The notes: generated by a model from the letters alone, not told the origin. 64,000 bases of DNA from Candidatus Latescibacterota bacterium (GCA_965215195.1 CBDCDC010000002.1:928001-992000), one strand, 5' to 3'. Shown: positions 46,720 through 57,608, numbered from the stretch's first letter. A program made the numbers and translations.

Positions 46720-47436
46720 ATGGAAAAGGTCAGATATTCCGATTTGTTGCCGTGGGAATTTCGCCAACGGCTAGCCGCTAGGCCGGTGGCGTATCTACCG
46801 CTGGGCACGCTCGAGTGGCACGGCGAGCATTTGCCCTTGGGCAGCGACGCGATCCAAAGCGAAGGGCTGATGATCGAATGTGCCAAGCGCTTTGGCGGGA
46901 TCGTCATGCCGCCAATTCATCTCGGGCCGGATCGGGCGTGGGATCGCGGCAGCGGCGAAGTGTTCCACGGCATGGACTACGCCGACAGCACCCAGCCACA
47001 CCGGCCACTAGACGGCAGTTGCTACTGGGTGTCGGACGGATTTTTCGGAATGCTAGTCGATGCGATTTTAGCGCAGATTAAGCGCACGGGTTTCAAGCTG
47101 GTGTTCGCCGACGGACACGGGCCGAGCCGCAGAGCTTGGCGCGAAGCCATGGCCGAGCGGGAGCAGCGCTTCGGCCTCAAGCTGGCGGGAGTTACGGACG
47201 AAGTAGCGCGGGAATGGCAGAGCCAGATGGACCACGCCGCACGCAACGAGACGTCGCTGGTGATGCACTATCGGGAGGATTGGGTGGACCTCGGGCAGTT
47301 GCCTACAGATCGGAGCGTGTGGCCGCAAGGGGTCGGCGGCGAGGATCCGCGCGACGCCAGTGCCGCACACGGGCGGGAGTGCATGGAGCGGTCCGTGGCG
47401 ATCGTCGGGCGACTGATTGCAGCGAGCGGGGTTTGA
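46720..47436 (+). CDS. Creatininase-family amidohydrolase
   Basis: LPLGTLEWHGEHLPLGSD, DGHG, DHAA..ETS. Confidence 0.88.
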   Translation: MEKVRYSDLLPWEFRQRLAARPVAYLPLGTLEWHGEHLPLGSDAIQSEGLMIECAKRFGGIVMPPIHLGPDRAWDRGSGEVFHGMDYADSTQPHRPLDGSCYWVSDGFFGMLVDAILAQIKRTGFKLVFADGHGPSRRAWREAMAEREQRFGLKLAGVTDEVAREWQSQMDHAARNETSLVMHYREDWVDLGQLPTDRSVWPQGVGGEDPRDASAAHGRECMERSVAIVGRLIAASGV

Positions 47437-47483
47437 CTACTATAACAGACTGCTTATCACCGCCAACTGCGAAAGGACAGCGC

Positions 47484-48623
47484 ATGAAAATCACCCAAGT
47501 AGAGACCATTCGCTTCAAAACCACCACCAATACCGTGCGCGACTCCGACGGCCACGGCCACCCCGGGCCCGAGCGCGAAACCACCCAGACCTTACTGCAA
47601 ATAAGCACCGATGAAGGCGTCTCCGGCTACTGGTTTGGCGCCAATGCCCAAGCCATAGACAGCCTCGTCAAACCAGCCATAATCGGCGAAGATCCCTTGT
47701 ACCGCGAAAAAATCTGGCGCGACCTCAACCACCGCCAGCGGCTCAATCTGGGCACGCTGTCCGACCAAGTGCTCATGGCCGTTGACCTCGCCTTGTGGGA
47801 TCTGGCCGGACGCGCCCTCAATCAACCCGTGTACAAACTGTTGGGCGGCTTGCGCGACAAAGTGCCGGCCTACGCCTCCACCATGTGCGGCGACGATCTC
47901 AAAGGCGGCTTAGCCACTCCCCAAGACTACGCCAACTACGCCGAGTGGTGCATGGAGCGCGGATATCCCGCCTTCAAATTGCACACTTGGCAACCGCCCT
48001 ACGCCGGTGCTCCCGACCCCAAGCGCGACATTGAAGCCTGCGCGGCCGTGCGCACAGCGGTCGGTCCCGACGTGCCTTGTATGCTCGACCCCTACCACTA
48101 CTACGACCGCGAGGCCGCTCTCTTCCTAGCCAAGGAACTGGAAAAGCTCGACTATTACTGGATGGAAGAACCCATGGATGAACACAGCATGTCGTCCTAC
48201 ATCTGGCTGTGCGAGCAGACCGGCTTGCCGATTTGCGGCCCGGAGACCTGCGAGGGCAAAATGTACGTGCGCGCCGAGTGGATTAAAGCCGGTGCCTGCG
48301 ACATCAGCCGCTGCGGCGTGGGCGACGTGGGCGGGCTCACCCCCTTGATGAAAACTGTGCATCTGTGCGAGTCGTTTGGTATGCGCTGCGAAGTCCACGG
48401 CGGCGGCCCGGGCAACCTGCATGCCCTGTGCGCCATGCACAACGGCGAATTCTACGAACGCGGCCTGTTGCACCCCTTCATCGACTTCGACCAGCCCGCC
48501 CCGTGGCTGCACGAGCACGGCGAACCCATGGACGAGCAGGGTTTTGTCCACGTGCCCCAACGGCCTGGATTGGGAATGAATATCAATTGGGATTACATCA
48601 AGAAGAATAAGATCGCCCACTAG
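47484..48623 (+). CDS. Mandelate racemase/enolase-superfamily protein
   Basis: VDLALWDLAG..PVYKLLGG, PAYAST, FKLH, MLD, WMEEP, GPE; start MKITQVE. Confidence 0.88.
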   Translation: MKITQVETIRFKTTTNTVRDSDGHGHPGPERETTQTLLQISTDEGVSGYWFGANAQAIDSLVKPAIIGEDPLYREKIWRDLNHRQRLNLGTLSDQVLMAVDLALWDLAGRALNQPVYKLLGGLRDKVPAYASTMCGDDLKGGLATPQDYANYAEWCMERGYPAFKLHTWQPPYAGAPDPKRDIEACAAVRTAVGPDVPCMLDPYHYYDREAALFLAKELEKLDYYWMEEPMDEHSMSSYIWLCEQTGLPICGPETCEGKMYVRAEWIKAGACDISRCGVGDVGGLTPLMKTVHLCESFGMRCEVHGGGPGNLHALCAMHNGEFYERGLLHPFIDFDQPAPWLHEHGEPMDEQGFVHVPQRPGLGMNINWDYIKKNKIAH

Positions 48624-48703
48624 CCAGCAGTAGCCGGCCATCCGGTAGCCGCGCTCTCAGGCCGCAACGCCCATCAAGAGTGCGGCAAGATAATCCACGC
48701 AAC

Positions 48704-50026
48704 TCACTCGGCCGCAGCTAGCTGTAGAACTTGCAACGCACTGGTAGTCAGGACCCGGTCCGCGTCGTCGCGCAGAAAGCGCCCTTGGTGGGACGCCCTC
48801 GCATCGAGGACCTCGTACCCTCCGTAGGGCACCTCCTCACTCGTCGGCACGTAGCCGATGGCACCGTTGGCGTATCCCACGGGTAGGGTCAAGGAGAAGG
48901 GCGATGCCTCGGCAATGGCCAGCCCGGTCTCGACGAAGATCTCCCCCGGCAGGCCGATGAGGGCCACGTCGTCCAAGGCCACGACTTGCAGTTCTATGGG
49001 CAGGCCCGTGGCTACCGAGCCGCTCTGGTGCGCCGCGAGCCGCTCCTTGGCGGCAAAGTAGTGGCGGCAGACCTGCCAGTTCCGCTGGTGCTCGCCCTTG
49101 AGTTTGCGAAAGGCCGGTTCCCAGTGCGCCAGTGCGCGCTCGCACTCCTGCAGCGACGGCATGGGCTCGAGAGGCAGCTCAAAGGCGCGCTGGGCACAGC
49201 GCAGCCGGCCGCCCCGTCTCAGGTCGGCGCGGTCCAACACCGTCTGCAACACCGCAGCACCGGCTCTGCTGCCGTGGCGCTTGGCGAGGGCAAAGGTGCC
49301 GCGCGGATGGGGGTTGATGTTGCCGGCACAGCCGTTGACGAACAGGGCGGTCGAGCCCGGCAGTTGGGCCTCGATTAGCTGCATGGCGTAGCCGATCCAG
49401 TCGGCTGTGAACAGGTAGTTGTCGCCTATTAGACAGGTCCCGTGGGCCGCGTGCTGATACACCACCGCCAGCGGACTGCCGTCGTCGCGCTCAAACCACA
49501 CTACATCGACCCAAGGTGCCACCGGTCCGTCGGGGTTGACGCCGATGCGGGTGGTGCCATCGGCCTGTCGCGCCCGGCGATTGACGCCGACCTGCAGCGA
49601 ATGACGGCCCGTGCCCCAGCGCACGGGCCCGGCCGCGGTGGCCGCCTGCAGGGCGGCACCGGCCATGTAGTGGCTCACCGCGTCGATGTAGGCAGTGACC
49701 TGTTCCCCCAGCACCGAGAAGTCAGAGTACATCAGCGGTCCGCCGTGCGTGTGCGAGAAGGCGAGGAATACGTGGGACTCGGGCACCCCGGTCGCCGCAC
49801 GCACCAGCTCGCGCACGCCAGCGACCTGCTCCGCCCGCATGCCGAGCAGGTCGCTGGCAATGATCACAGCTTGGGTCGAGCCGTCGTCGAGGAACAAAGC
49901 GTGGGTGTTGAGGTGGTCGTGTACGCCCTCGGCCCCGTGGTCGCGGGCCCCGTACCCACCCATGGGAAAACCGATCGGTGGCGTGATCCGGGCACCGCCG
50001 GTTCCGGCCAGCAAGTCGCGCATCAT
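48704..50026 (-). CDS. Neutral/alkaline ceramidase-like hydrolase
   Basis: ITPPIG..MGGYG.R..GVHD.L, SHTHGGP, NRR, G..GNINP, LPGEIF, GY.NG..GYVP..GGYE. Confidence 0.78.
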   Translation of the reverse strand: MMRDLLAGTGGARITPPIGFPMGGYGARDHGAEGVHDHLNTHALFLDDGSTQAVIIASDLLGMRAEQVAGVRELVRAATGVPESHVFLAFSHTHGGPLMYSDFSVLGEQVTAYIDAVSHYMAGAALQAATAAGPVRWGTGRHSLQVGVNRRARQADGTTRIGVNPDGPVAPWVDVVWFERDDGSPLAVVYQHAAHGTCLIGDNYLFTADWIGYAMQLIEAQLPGSTALFVNGCAGNINPHPRGTFALAKRHGSRAGAAVLQTVLDRADLRRGGRLRCAQRAFELPLEPMPSLQECERALAHWEPAFRKLKGEHQRNWQVCRHYFAAKERLAAHQSGSVATGLPIELQVVALDDVALIGLPGEIFVETGLAIAEASPFSLTLPVGYANGAIGYVPTSEEVPYGGYEVLDARASHQGRFLRDDADRVLTTSALQVLQLAAAE

Positions 50027-50148
50027 CCGATCCTCCTGTTCTGGTCAATTGCCTGCGTACCCTAATATACGCGGCCCCCACCTTGACAGGCCACCACCCA
50101 AGTCAATTATTGGAGGCCCCATCCGTGCTTTTCCCATAGGAGCTTCCC

Positions 50149-51372
50149 ATGAAAATCGCCCACATCGAGCAAATCCCCATCGCCATGCCCCTAGCCAAGC
50201 GCTACGACAACCACGCCGGCCGCATGCGCATGTACGACATGGATCAACATCTCGTGGTTAAAGTACACGGCGACAATGGGTTAGTCGGCTACGGCGACTA
50301 CGAGGATAACCCCACTCCCGTACCCCAAGCCGAGATTGACGCGCTCATCGGCACCAGCCCTTTCGACTATCTGCTCAACAATTTCCACATGGCCTTGGGC
50401 ATGGCGCTCTACGACCTGATGGGCAAGCACTTGGGCGTGCCCGCGTATAAACTGATGGGGCAAAAAGTGCGCGACGCCGTCCCCTGCGCCGCTTGGACCC
50501 GCCCCTGCCCCCCCGACGTTTTCGCCGCCGAGGTTCAGTGCGCCGTCAATCAAGGCTACCGCGTCTTCAAAATGCACTCAGACGCCCGCTACGACGTCAT
50601 CGAGCAGACCCGAGCGGCCGAAAAGGTCGCCCCGCCCGGCTTCAAATTGCACTGGGATCTCAACCACAACCGCACGCTGGGCACAATCCTGCCCATTGTC
50701 GCCGAACTGGAAAAATCGCCGCTCGTCGGATTTATCGAAGACCCGCTGGTGTGGAGCGATATCGACGGCTGGCGCACCCTGCGCGAGAAGACCAAAATCC
50801 CCCTCGTCATGCACGTTCCCCAATTGGGCGGCATCCAAGAAGTGATCCGCGGGGTCGCCGATATCTACATGATTGGCGGACGCATTGGCGACACCCTGAC
50901 CTCGGGTTTTGCCTACGGCAAGGCCAATGTCCAGTGCCTGATCCAGCAATGCGGCAATACCCTGATGAAGGCCCTCACCCTGCACCAAGCGGCCGTCCTG
51001 CCCACGGCCTCGGCCCATACCATCAACCTAGACGACCAGTTCGAGTCCGACATCGCTAAAAAAATCCCAGTCGTCGAGGGCTTTTCACCTGTGCCCGAAG
51101 GGCCGGGGCTGGGCGTGGAAGTACAAGAAGAAGCCCTAGCCCAAGCCGCCGCTCGCGCCCACCTGCCTAGGTACGACTATATCGGCGTACTGCACTTTGC
51201 CGGCGGCCACAAAGCCTACAGCTTGGGCAGCCCCGCTATCAACCGCCTGACCGGCACCGAAGAGGGCCGCCTTGAGGGCCTCAACTTTGAGTACTGGACC
51301 GACGACGGCTCGGCCGAATACGCCCGCGTCCTCAAGCGCTTGCAGGAGGAAGGGCCGTTTATCGAGGGCTAG
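50149..51372 (+). CDS. Enolase-superfamily protein
   Basis: MALYDLMGK.LGVP.YKL.G, FKMH, D.N, IEDP, PEGPGLGVE. Confidence 0.82.
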   Translation: MKIAHIEQIPIAMPLAKRYDNHAGRMRMYDMDQHLVVKVHGDNGLVGYGDYEDNPTPVPQAEIDALIGTSPFDYLLNNFHMALGMALYDLMGKHLGVPAYKLMGQKVRDAVPCAAWTRPCPPDVFAAEVQCAVNQGYRVFKMHSDARYDVIEQTRAAEKVAPPGFKLHWDLNHNRTLGTILPIVAELEKSPLVGFIEDPLVWSDIDGWRTLREKTKIPLVMHVPQLGGIQEVIRGVADIYMIGGRIGDTLTSGFAYGKANVQCLIQQCGNTLMKALTLHQAAVLPTASAHTINLDDQFESDIAKKIPVVEGFSPVPEGPGLGVEVQEEALAQAAARAHLPRYDYIGVLHFAGGHKAYSLGSPAINRLTGTEEGRLEGLNFEYWTDDGSAEYARVLKRLQEEGPFIEG

Positions 51373-51611
51373 GAATGCACAGCAAAAATGTTCCTGCTCT
51401 TCAGATTGCGGATAACTACACGGGTTATTAGGCGGGGACCTGACATGTCTGGCTATTAAGCGAATTTCGAGACTCGGGCGATCTGCCAGCCACACGACGA
51501 ATGGCAAGAGAACATTCGTCGCTTGACCGAAGAAACGAGGTGAGTGGATCTTGCAGTTCTGTCGAAGCAGTATGACTAACTTCATCCAAGCATCCTCAAC
51601 CGCCCCATCGT

Positions 51612-52271
51612 TCAATACCCGGCGACGCCGGTCTTTTCGCCAATCCAAGCGATCATGGCACGGAATGTTGGACACTGTTCCGCTACCTCTCGCAAGCCTG
51701 CATTTCTGAGAATGGCATCGCTATCCGTGTTTTCACGATAGGACCGCTTGAGGTGTCTCCGAAAGAGTTCCTCAACAATTTTCTTCGGAGGTTTGTCTTG
51801 ATTCTGCTCTTCTGGAGGTTGTTGCCAGCCGCTGGGCTTGATCTTGAGTCGGGACTGAAGTTGACTCGGCGCGGCAAGGAGCAGCATTTCCAAGTCGTGT
51901 TTCAACGCACTGGCATAAAAACGCGCCATGTAGCTGTCAACATCAGTCCGTCTGCCCATCTGCTGCAAGTGCTGTTTCACCAAGCGCGTTTGAACGCCTT
52001 GAAGCTCTTGCAGATTGTCGTGCCTGTACTCCGTATTCGCATAGTCTCGATTTGGATAGAGATCGGGTAATCCAACGACGAGGTCGCGTGCATCGTTTGC
52101 CAGTTTCTCGGTCGCTCGTGAGCCAATTTTTTTAAAGTAGTTGGACTTGTTGTCAAGAGATATTAGTTGAATGCCCCAGCCCTTCTTTCCAAGCTGCTGC
52201 TGCCAGCCGCTCCACAATGCCGACAGTGCCTGAACGTCCGATCTCCCTTCCACAAAAATCCACACCTTCAT
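51612..52271 (-). CDS. DUF4276 TOPRIM-like protein
   Basis: MKVWIFVEGRSD..LPDLY..HDLEMLLLA..PEEQN..PP..Y.E..D..CP.F; ATGA overlap with the ATPase. Confidence 0.78.
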   Translation of the reverse strand: MKVWIFVEGRSDVQALSALWSGWQQQLGKKGWGIQLISLDNKSNYFKKIGSRATEKLANDARDLVVGLPDLYPNRDYANTEYRHDNLQELQGVQTRLVKQHLQQMGRRTDVDSYMARFYASALKHDLEMLLLAAPSQLQSRLKIKPSGWQQPPEEQNQDKPPKKIVEELFRRHLKRSYRENTDSDAILRNAGLREVAEQCPTFRAMIAWIGEKTGVAGY

Positions 52272-53557
52272 GCGCCGGCCTCCAGTTCGCCGGAGCGGTG
52301 CAGGTCGCCCAAGGTCCCGTTTGCAACATCTTTGAGCATTTGCACAAGCGTCTTGCGGTTCACCGGACGGTGCCACGCGACCTTTGCGTCGTCTGCATTC
52401 CGCGCCATCACGGCAACATCGGCTATATCGAAGCAGTTGAGCAGGTCCGGGCTGTGCGTCGTCACCAGCACTTGGGTGCGCTCCGCCGCTGTCTTGATCA
52501 TCTCGGCCACAATCGGCAACAGCCCGGGATGCAGGCCCAATTCTGGTTCGTCGATTGCCACTAGAGGCGGCAGAAGTGGATTTAGCAGCGCCGTCGCCAA
52601 GCACAAGAAGCGCAACATGCCGTCCGACAGCTCCCACATCTCCATAGAGCGAGACATGCCTTGCTCGCGCACCCGGACGAGCACTTGCGGTGGCGTTCCA
52701 TAGGTGGTATCGCAGTGAATTTCCTCGAAGGTGGGATACGCCACGCGCAGAAAGTCGCGCAACTCCTCTGCTGCTGACCGGAAATCATAGCGGGTCAGGA
52801 TTTCGTGCAGCACAGTCCCCAAGTTGTCGCCGTTGGATGATAATGTCGTATCCGGCCTGATATCGGCGGCCTTGGTGCGGAGCGTGGAAGACCGCGTCAC
52901 ATCGAAACCCGGATAGCACATTATATTCGCCAATAGAACGCGTACCCAAGAAGGAACGGGAAACTCATTGAAGAAGCGGATTTGCGAAAGCAGCAACGCG
53001 ACCTCTTGTTGTGCGCCTACCCGTCCGCTTCCCGCAGGGGCTGCGGCTGAATCGGCATCGCGGACGACAGCGGGCGAAGGTTGCGCCTCATCAAACGGTA
53101 TTAAGTGACCCTGTTCTACATCGAAGATGTGTCGCTGATACGAGGTTGCCTCCAGAAATTTGAGAGGTTCCATGTATCCCGGTGCTGGCTCTTGATTTCT
53201 GAGAACCTCGTATTGCGGGTGCATCCGGCCCTGTGCATCGGCTTGCAAAACGACCTCGTACACAAGGGCCTTTCCCGCCGCCAATGGAAAATCATCCCAT
53301 GTAGGAGGCTTGCGAAAGGTGACGCTCCAAGCCAACTGCCCATTCCCGTTCCCTGCCGTCAGCAGGGACGCTGGCCCATGATGCCAACCCATCGCAGTAT
53401 TTAGCGGAAACTCGCAACACTCGGCAATCAGTTGCAGACAATCGATCAGCGTACTCTTGCCGACGGCATTGGCACCGATCACCATGGTCAGCGGCTTGAA
53501 GTCGGCCTCAAACCCGTCGAGAAGGCGGTAGCCTCGGATCTCAATTTGCGTAATCAT
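52268..53557 (-). CDS. AAA_21/ABC-type ATPase
   Basis: GANAVGKS, LSDGMLR, IDEPELGLHP, TTHSPDLL, LGDL..SG. Confidence 0.88.
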   Translation of the reverse strand: MITQIEIRGYRLLDGFEADFKPLTMVIGANAVGKSTLIDCLQLIAECCEFPLNTAMGWHHGPASLLTAGNGNGQLAWSVTFRKPPTWDDFPLAAGKALVYEVVLQADAQGRMHPQYEVLRNQEPAPGYMEPLKFLEATSYQRHIFDVEQGHLIPFDEAQPSPAVVRDADSAAAPAGSGRVGAQQEVALLLSQIRFFNEFPVPSWVRVLLANIMCYPGFDVTRSSTLRTKAADIRPDTTLSSNGDNLGTVLHEILTRYDFRSAAEELRDFLRVAYPTFEEIHCDTTYGTPPQVLVRVREQGMSRSMEMWELSDGMLRFLCLATALLNPLLPPLVAIDEPELGLHPGLLPIVAEMIKTAAERTQVLVTTHSPDLLNCFDIADVAVMARNADDAKVAWHRPVNRKTLVQMLKDVANGTLGDLHRSGELEAGA

Positions 53558-53730
53558 GCAACATTACCTTTCGCTCCAATTATCCACAGTATATCAATTA
53601 ATTGTCCGAATCATATTAAAAAAATTGACATAGACGCTATGCGCTGAAACGCAGTAGAATCGCCTGACTTTCCCGATATTCGCGTTTAACTCAACAGCTT
53701 TTTACTCGGCGCAGTGTCATGGCGAGATCG

Positions 53731-55197
53731 CTACCCCCCATACCAGTCCCGCAACGCCGGATAAAGCACCCGATAGCGCTCAAAAGCCCGCTGGTAGAAT
53801 GCGACCCGCGCCCGGTCGCAGCGCACCGTCTCGGCCAACTTGACCGTGCGCTGACAGGCGGTGGCAAAATCCGCATAGAGTCCGCTGCCGACGCCCGCCA
53901 ACAAGGCCGCCCCCACGGCCGACAGATCGTCGGTGGCGATCCGCACCACGTCGCGCCCCAAAATATCGGCCTGGATCTGCCGCCACACCGCCGAATGCGA
54001 GCCGCCCTCGCCGATCCGCAACTCGTCGATGGGCAAGCCGATTTCGGCAAAGCAGTCGAGCGAATGCCGCAAGTCAAAGACGACTCCCTCCAGCACGGCC
54101 CGCACCAGATGCCCCTTTGTGTGCCCCAACGACAGCCCGACAAAGCCGCCGCGGGCGCGGGCGTCGGGACGCGGCGTGGCCCTTCCTTCGAGCCAAGGCA
54201 TAAAAAACACCCCCTCGGCACCAGGGGAAACTGCGGCCGCCGCCTCAGTTAGCTCTTCGTAGCTGCCCCCGAATTCCTCCTTGAACCACTTGAGCGAGGC
54301 CCCCCCGGTAAACGAGCAGCCCAACCAAGCGTATTTGCCGGGGATGGGGTGGCACATCGGCCAGAGCTTGTCAAAGGCCCGTGGATCCAGCGCCTCGGCA
54401 AAAGCCGTGGCGTGCGCGGCCGTGCCAATGCCCAAGCCGATAACGCCCGGCTCAATCACCCCGGCCCCGAGGATCATGCAGGGCATGTCCCCGCCGCCAG
54501 CGACAACGGGCGTACCCGCCACCAGTCCGGTCTGCTCGGCCGCGGCTTGAGTTATGGCCCCGACCACGGCCGGCGAATCGGCCAAACGCGGGAACAACTC
54601 AATATCGACTTCCAAGGCCTGCAAAATTTCCCCGCACCACTGGCGCTCGTGCAGATCAAACGCCGCCGTTGTCGAGGCATCCGACACCTCGGCCGCTATC
54701 TGTCCGGTGAGCCGGTAGCGCAGCCAATCCTTGGGCAGCAGCATCCAGCGACTTTGCTGGTAAACATCTGTCGCATGCTCTTTTACCCATAACACCTTTG
54801 CTAGGGTATTAACCGGCCCCAACCGCATCAGCGTCCGTTCGCGCAGCAAGTCGCCCGCCCGCTGCTCGGCCCAATCGCACTCTGCTTGCGAGCGGTGGTC
54901 GAGCCAGATCGGCACCCGCTGTAGGGGCCGCCCGGCGCTGTCGGCAAATACCGCGCCGTTGATTTGCCCGGACAGGCCGACGCAGGCAACCTGTTGTGGG
55001 TCAATGCCATCAAGCACCTGACGCACAGACGCGCACAGCCCGCGCCACCAATCCTCCGGGTCCTGCTCAACCCACTTAGGATGCGGCTTATAGAGCGGAT
55101 ACTCGGCCTGCCCCCTAGCGATGAGATCGCCGGCCTCGTCGAGGACGACGGCCTTGGTGCTTCCCGTGCCCAAGTCAATGCCCAGTACACAGCGCAT
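53731..55197 (-). CDS. xylB: Xylulokinase (FGGY family)
   Basis: LGIDLGT, EQDPEDWW, SGQ, W.D.R, LPKD..RY.LTG, GGGD, GGS.S..W.QI.AD. Confidence 0.8.
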   Translation of the reverse strand: MRCVLGIDLGTGSTKAVVLDEAGDLIARGQAEYPLYKPHPKWVEQDPEDWWRGLCASVRQVLDGIDPQQVACVGLSGQINGAVFADSAGRPLQRVPIWLDHRSQAECDWAEQRAGDLLRERTLMRLGPVNTLAKVLWVKEHATDVYQQSRWMLLPKDWLRYRLTGQIAAEVSDASTTAAFDLHERQWCGEILQALEVDIELFPRLADSPAVVGAITQAAAEQTGLVAGTPVVAGGGDMPCMILGAGVIEPGVIGLGIGTAAHATAFAEALDPRAFDKLWPMCHPIPGKYAWLGCSFTGGASLKWFKEEFGGSYEELTEAAAAVSPGAEGVFFMPWLEGRATPRPDARARGGFVGLSLGHTKGHLVRAVLEGVVFDLRHSLDCFAEIGLPIDELRIGEGGSHSAVWRQIQADILGRDVVRIATDDLSAVGAALLAGVGSGLYADFATACQRTVKLAETVRCDRARVAFYQRAFERYRVLYPALRDWYGG

Positions 55198-55206
55198 CGG
55201 ACCCTC

Positions 55207-56457
55207 CTATCCGAACCTATCCACGTTGCACAAACTCAGATCAAAACCCGGCTCCGCCCCCTGCACCACGCGCGCGGTCACCGCTCCGGTCACCGCCCCC
55301 AGCGAGACCCCCACCATGGCGTGCCCGGCCGCCACCGTGAGATTGTCGTAGGCCCGCACTCGCCCCAAAAAGGGCAAGCCATCCGGCGTACAGGGCCGCA
55401 GGCCCCGCCACACCTCGATTAGCTCCAACGCATCCGGCGTCCACGCCGGTACGTAGCGCGGCACCGCATGGACAATCGCGGCGACCCGCCGGCGGTTGAT
55501 CGACGCATCCATACCCGCCAGTTCGAGCGTACCGGCAAAGCGCAACTTGTCCCCCATCGGGGTGATGCCGACGCGGGCCTCCACCAACATCAGCGGGACC
55601 TCTGGGCACGGACTGGGCTTGTGGTAGGTAATGCTGTAGCCCTTGGCCGGCTGCACTGGCAGGGACAGGCCCAACCCTCGGCCCACGCCCGGCGACCACG
55701 CCCCACTGCACAGCACGACTTCGGCCGCGGCAAAATCCCCGCGCGTCGTCTCGACCACTTGGATGCGACGCCCTTTTTTGCCAAACCCCAACACCTCGGT
55801 TTTCTCGTTTAACTGAACCCCGCGCTCGACGCAGCGCACGGCCAAGGCGCGCACGAGACGCGCCGGGTCCAAGTGGGCGTCCTGCGCGTAAAACGCCCCG
55901 CCCACGCAGTCCAATTCCACGGCCGCGGCGCGCTGCTGCGCCTGTTGGGCATCGACCATCTCCACCGCTAGCCCCACCTCCTGCATGAGCTCGGCCTCTT
56001 CGCGGACATGCTTCAAGCCTTGTTCGGTCTTGCACAGCAAGAGCCGCCCCTCGTGCCCAAAGGCAAAGTCCAATTCAGCGGCCAAGCCCTGATAAAGCCG
56101 AAAACTCTCCAAGTGCATGTCGCGCAACAGGGGCATGGCCTGCCGCACCCGGCGCATGGTGCTGGCCTTGCGGAATTGCCACAGCCAAGCCACAAGGTCG
56201 CGATCCCAGCGCCATTTAATGTAGAAAGGGCTGTCCGGGTCCAACATCCACCGCAAACCTTGGGCAATGACCCCTGGCTCGGCCAGCGGTACGCTGTGGC
56301 TGGGCACAATAAGCCCGGCGTTGCCATAGGAACTCCCCGCGCAGACCTCGTCCTTTTCGACTACAGTGACCTCGCGGCCCTGCTGCAAGAGAAAGTGCGC
56401 CGTGCAGATACCAACGACTCCGCCGCCAATGACCAGCACATCTACCTGTTGCGTCAT
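55207..56457 (-). CDS. D-amino acid dehydrogenase-like FAD oxidoreductase
   Basis: IGGGVVG, SSYGNAG, KGYS, W.GLRPCTPDGLP..G, AGH.M.G. Confidence 0.88.
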   Translation of the reverse strand: MTQQVDVLVIGGGVVGICTAHFLLQQGREVTVVEKDEVCAGSSYGNAGLIVPSHSVPLAEPGVIAQGLRWMLDPDSPFYIKWRWDRDLVAWLWQFRKASTMRRVRQAMPLLRDMHLESFRLYQGLAAELDFAFGHEGRLLLCKTEQGLKHVREEAELMQEVGLAVEMVDAQQAQQRAAAVELDCVGGAFYAQDAHLDPARLVRALAVRCVERGVQLNEKTEVLGFGKKGRRIQVVETTRGDFAAAEVVLCSGAWSPGVGRGLGLSLPVQPAKGYSITYHKPSPCPEVPLMLVEARVGITPMGDKLRFAGTLELAGMDASINRRRVAAIVHAVPRYVPAWTPDALELIEVWRGLRPCTPDGLPFLGRVRAYDNLTVAAGHAMVGVSLGAVTGAVTARVVQGAEPGFDLSLCNVDRFG

Positions 56458-56561
56458 AGCTAAGCCTCGCGTTTGTCCGGCACCTTGACGCCGGTCGGGT
56501 TTCGCTCTACGTATTCAGGGACATTATACGCCTAGAAGCCACCAGCAGAAAGGAACGACCC

Positions 56562-57608
56562 ATGCTAGATCGCGCCGTGCGCGTCGGAATGATCGGCTGC
56601 GGCACCCAAGCCAACGTCCACTTTGCCGGCCTCAAGGCCCTCGGCGCGGACCAAGCAACGGTTGCGGCCGTCTGCGACCTCGACGACGAGCGCCTCGACG
56701 ACGCCTGCCAGCGCTGGCCCGCAGCCCGCGCGGACCACGACTACCGGGCCATGCTCGCGCCCGGCGACCTCGACTTGGTCATCGTCGCCACCATGCCCAA
56801 CACGCACGAAGCCATGTCGTTAGCCAGCCTCGACGCCGGGGCCTGCGTACTGTGCGAAAAGCCCTTTGTGATGAATGTCGCGCAGGCCGCAGCCGTCCTC
56901 GCCAAGGCCGCGGCGACCGGGCTACAAGTCCAGCTCGGCACCAACATGCGCTATATGCCGAGTTCTCGGTACTTGCGCGATCTAGTCCAAGGCGGCACCA
57001 TGGGCGAGCCAGTGTTCGCCAAGGCGTGGGGCTGCCACCACGACCCGCCGGTCTGGGGACCGCACTACCATCTCGCAACCTCCGGCGGCGGGGTCCTCGC
57101 CTCAACCTTGGTCCACACCCTCGACTTGGCAATGTGGGTCGGCGGCTCGCCCAATCCGCTCACCGTCAGCGCGGCCACCCGACGCCTCTTCCCCGGCAAG
57201 CGCGGGCCCAAGATCGACGCGGCCATCCACGCGCACTACGACGCCGAAGACCTCATCAGCGCCTTGGTGCGCTTTGACAACGGCGCATTTTACTCCTTAG
57301 AGGGCAACTGGTGCAGCGAGGGGACCGACTTCCACAGCTTTGAACTGACCACCACCCGAGGCACCATCACCGGCGCACCCTTTGCGGTCAACGTCGATGT
57401 CGAGGGCGAGATCGTCGATCAGACGCCCCAACTCGACGGCGACGACGACTGGTTCCAAAGCGTCCACACCCAAGACGCCGCCCTCATCGCCCAGCTCCGC
57501 GCCGGCCAGCCGTGGGACATGCAGGACGCCCGCCAGCTCCTCAATTTGCAAAAGGTCGTCGATGCCTGTTATGAGTCGGCGCGGACGGGCCGCGAGGTCG
57601 TTCTATAA
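56562..57608 (+). CDS. Gfo/Idh/MocA oxidoreductase
   Basis: IGCG, CEKP, SGGGVL...VH.LD. Confidence 0.88.
   Translation: MLDRAVRVGMIGCGTQANVHFAGLKALGADQATVAAVCDLDDERLDDACQRWPAARADHDYRAMLAPGDLDLVIVATMPNTHEAMSLASLDAGACVLCEKPFVMNVAQAAAVLAKAAATGLQVQLGTNMRYMPSSRYLRDLVQGGTMGEPVFAKAWGCHHDPPVWGPHYHLATSGGGVLASTLVHTLDLAMWVGGSPNPLTVSAATRRLFPGKRGPKIDAAIHAHYDAEDLISALVRFDNGAFYSLEGNWCSEGTDFHSFELTTTRGTITGAPFAVNVDVEGEIVDQTPQLDGDDDWFQSVHTQDAALIAQLRAGQPWDMQDARQLLNLQKVVDACYESARTGREVVL

Noticed and set aside
51612-52637. N-terminal extensions in the ORF track (also 1284..2516, 14422..15069, 47136..48623, 57382..58545, 59633..61729)
   Set aside because: They overlap upstream genes in another frame; internal starts with an RBS or stop-start overlap fit better.
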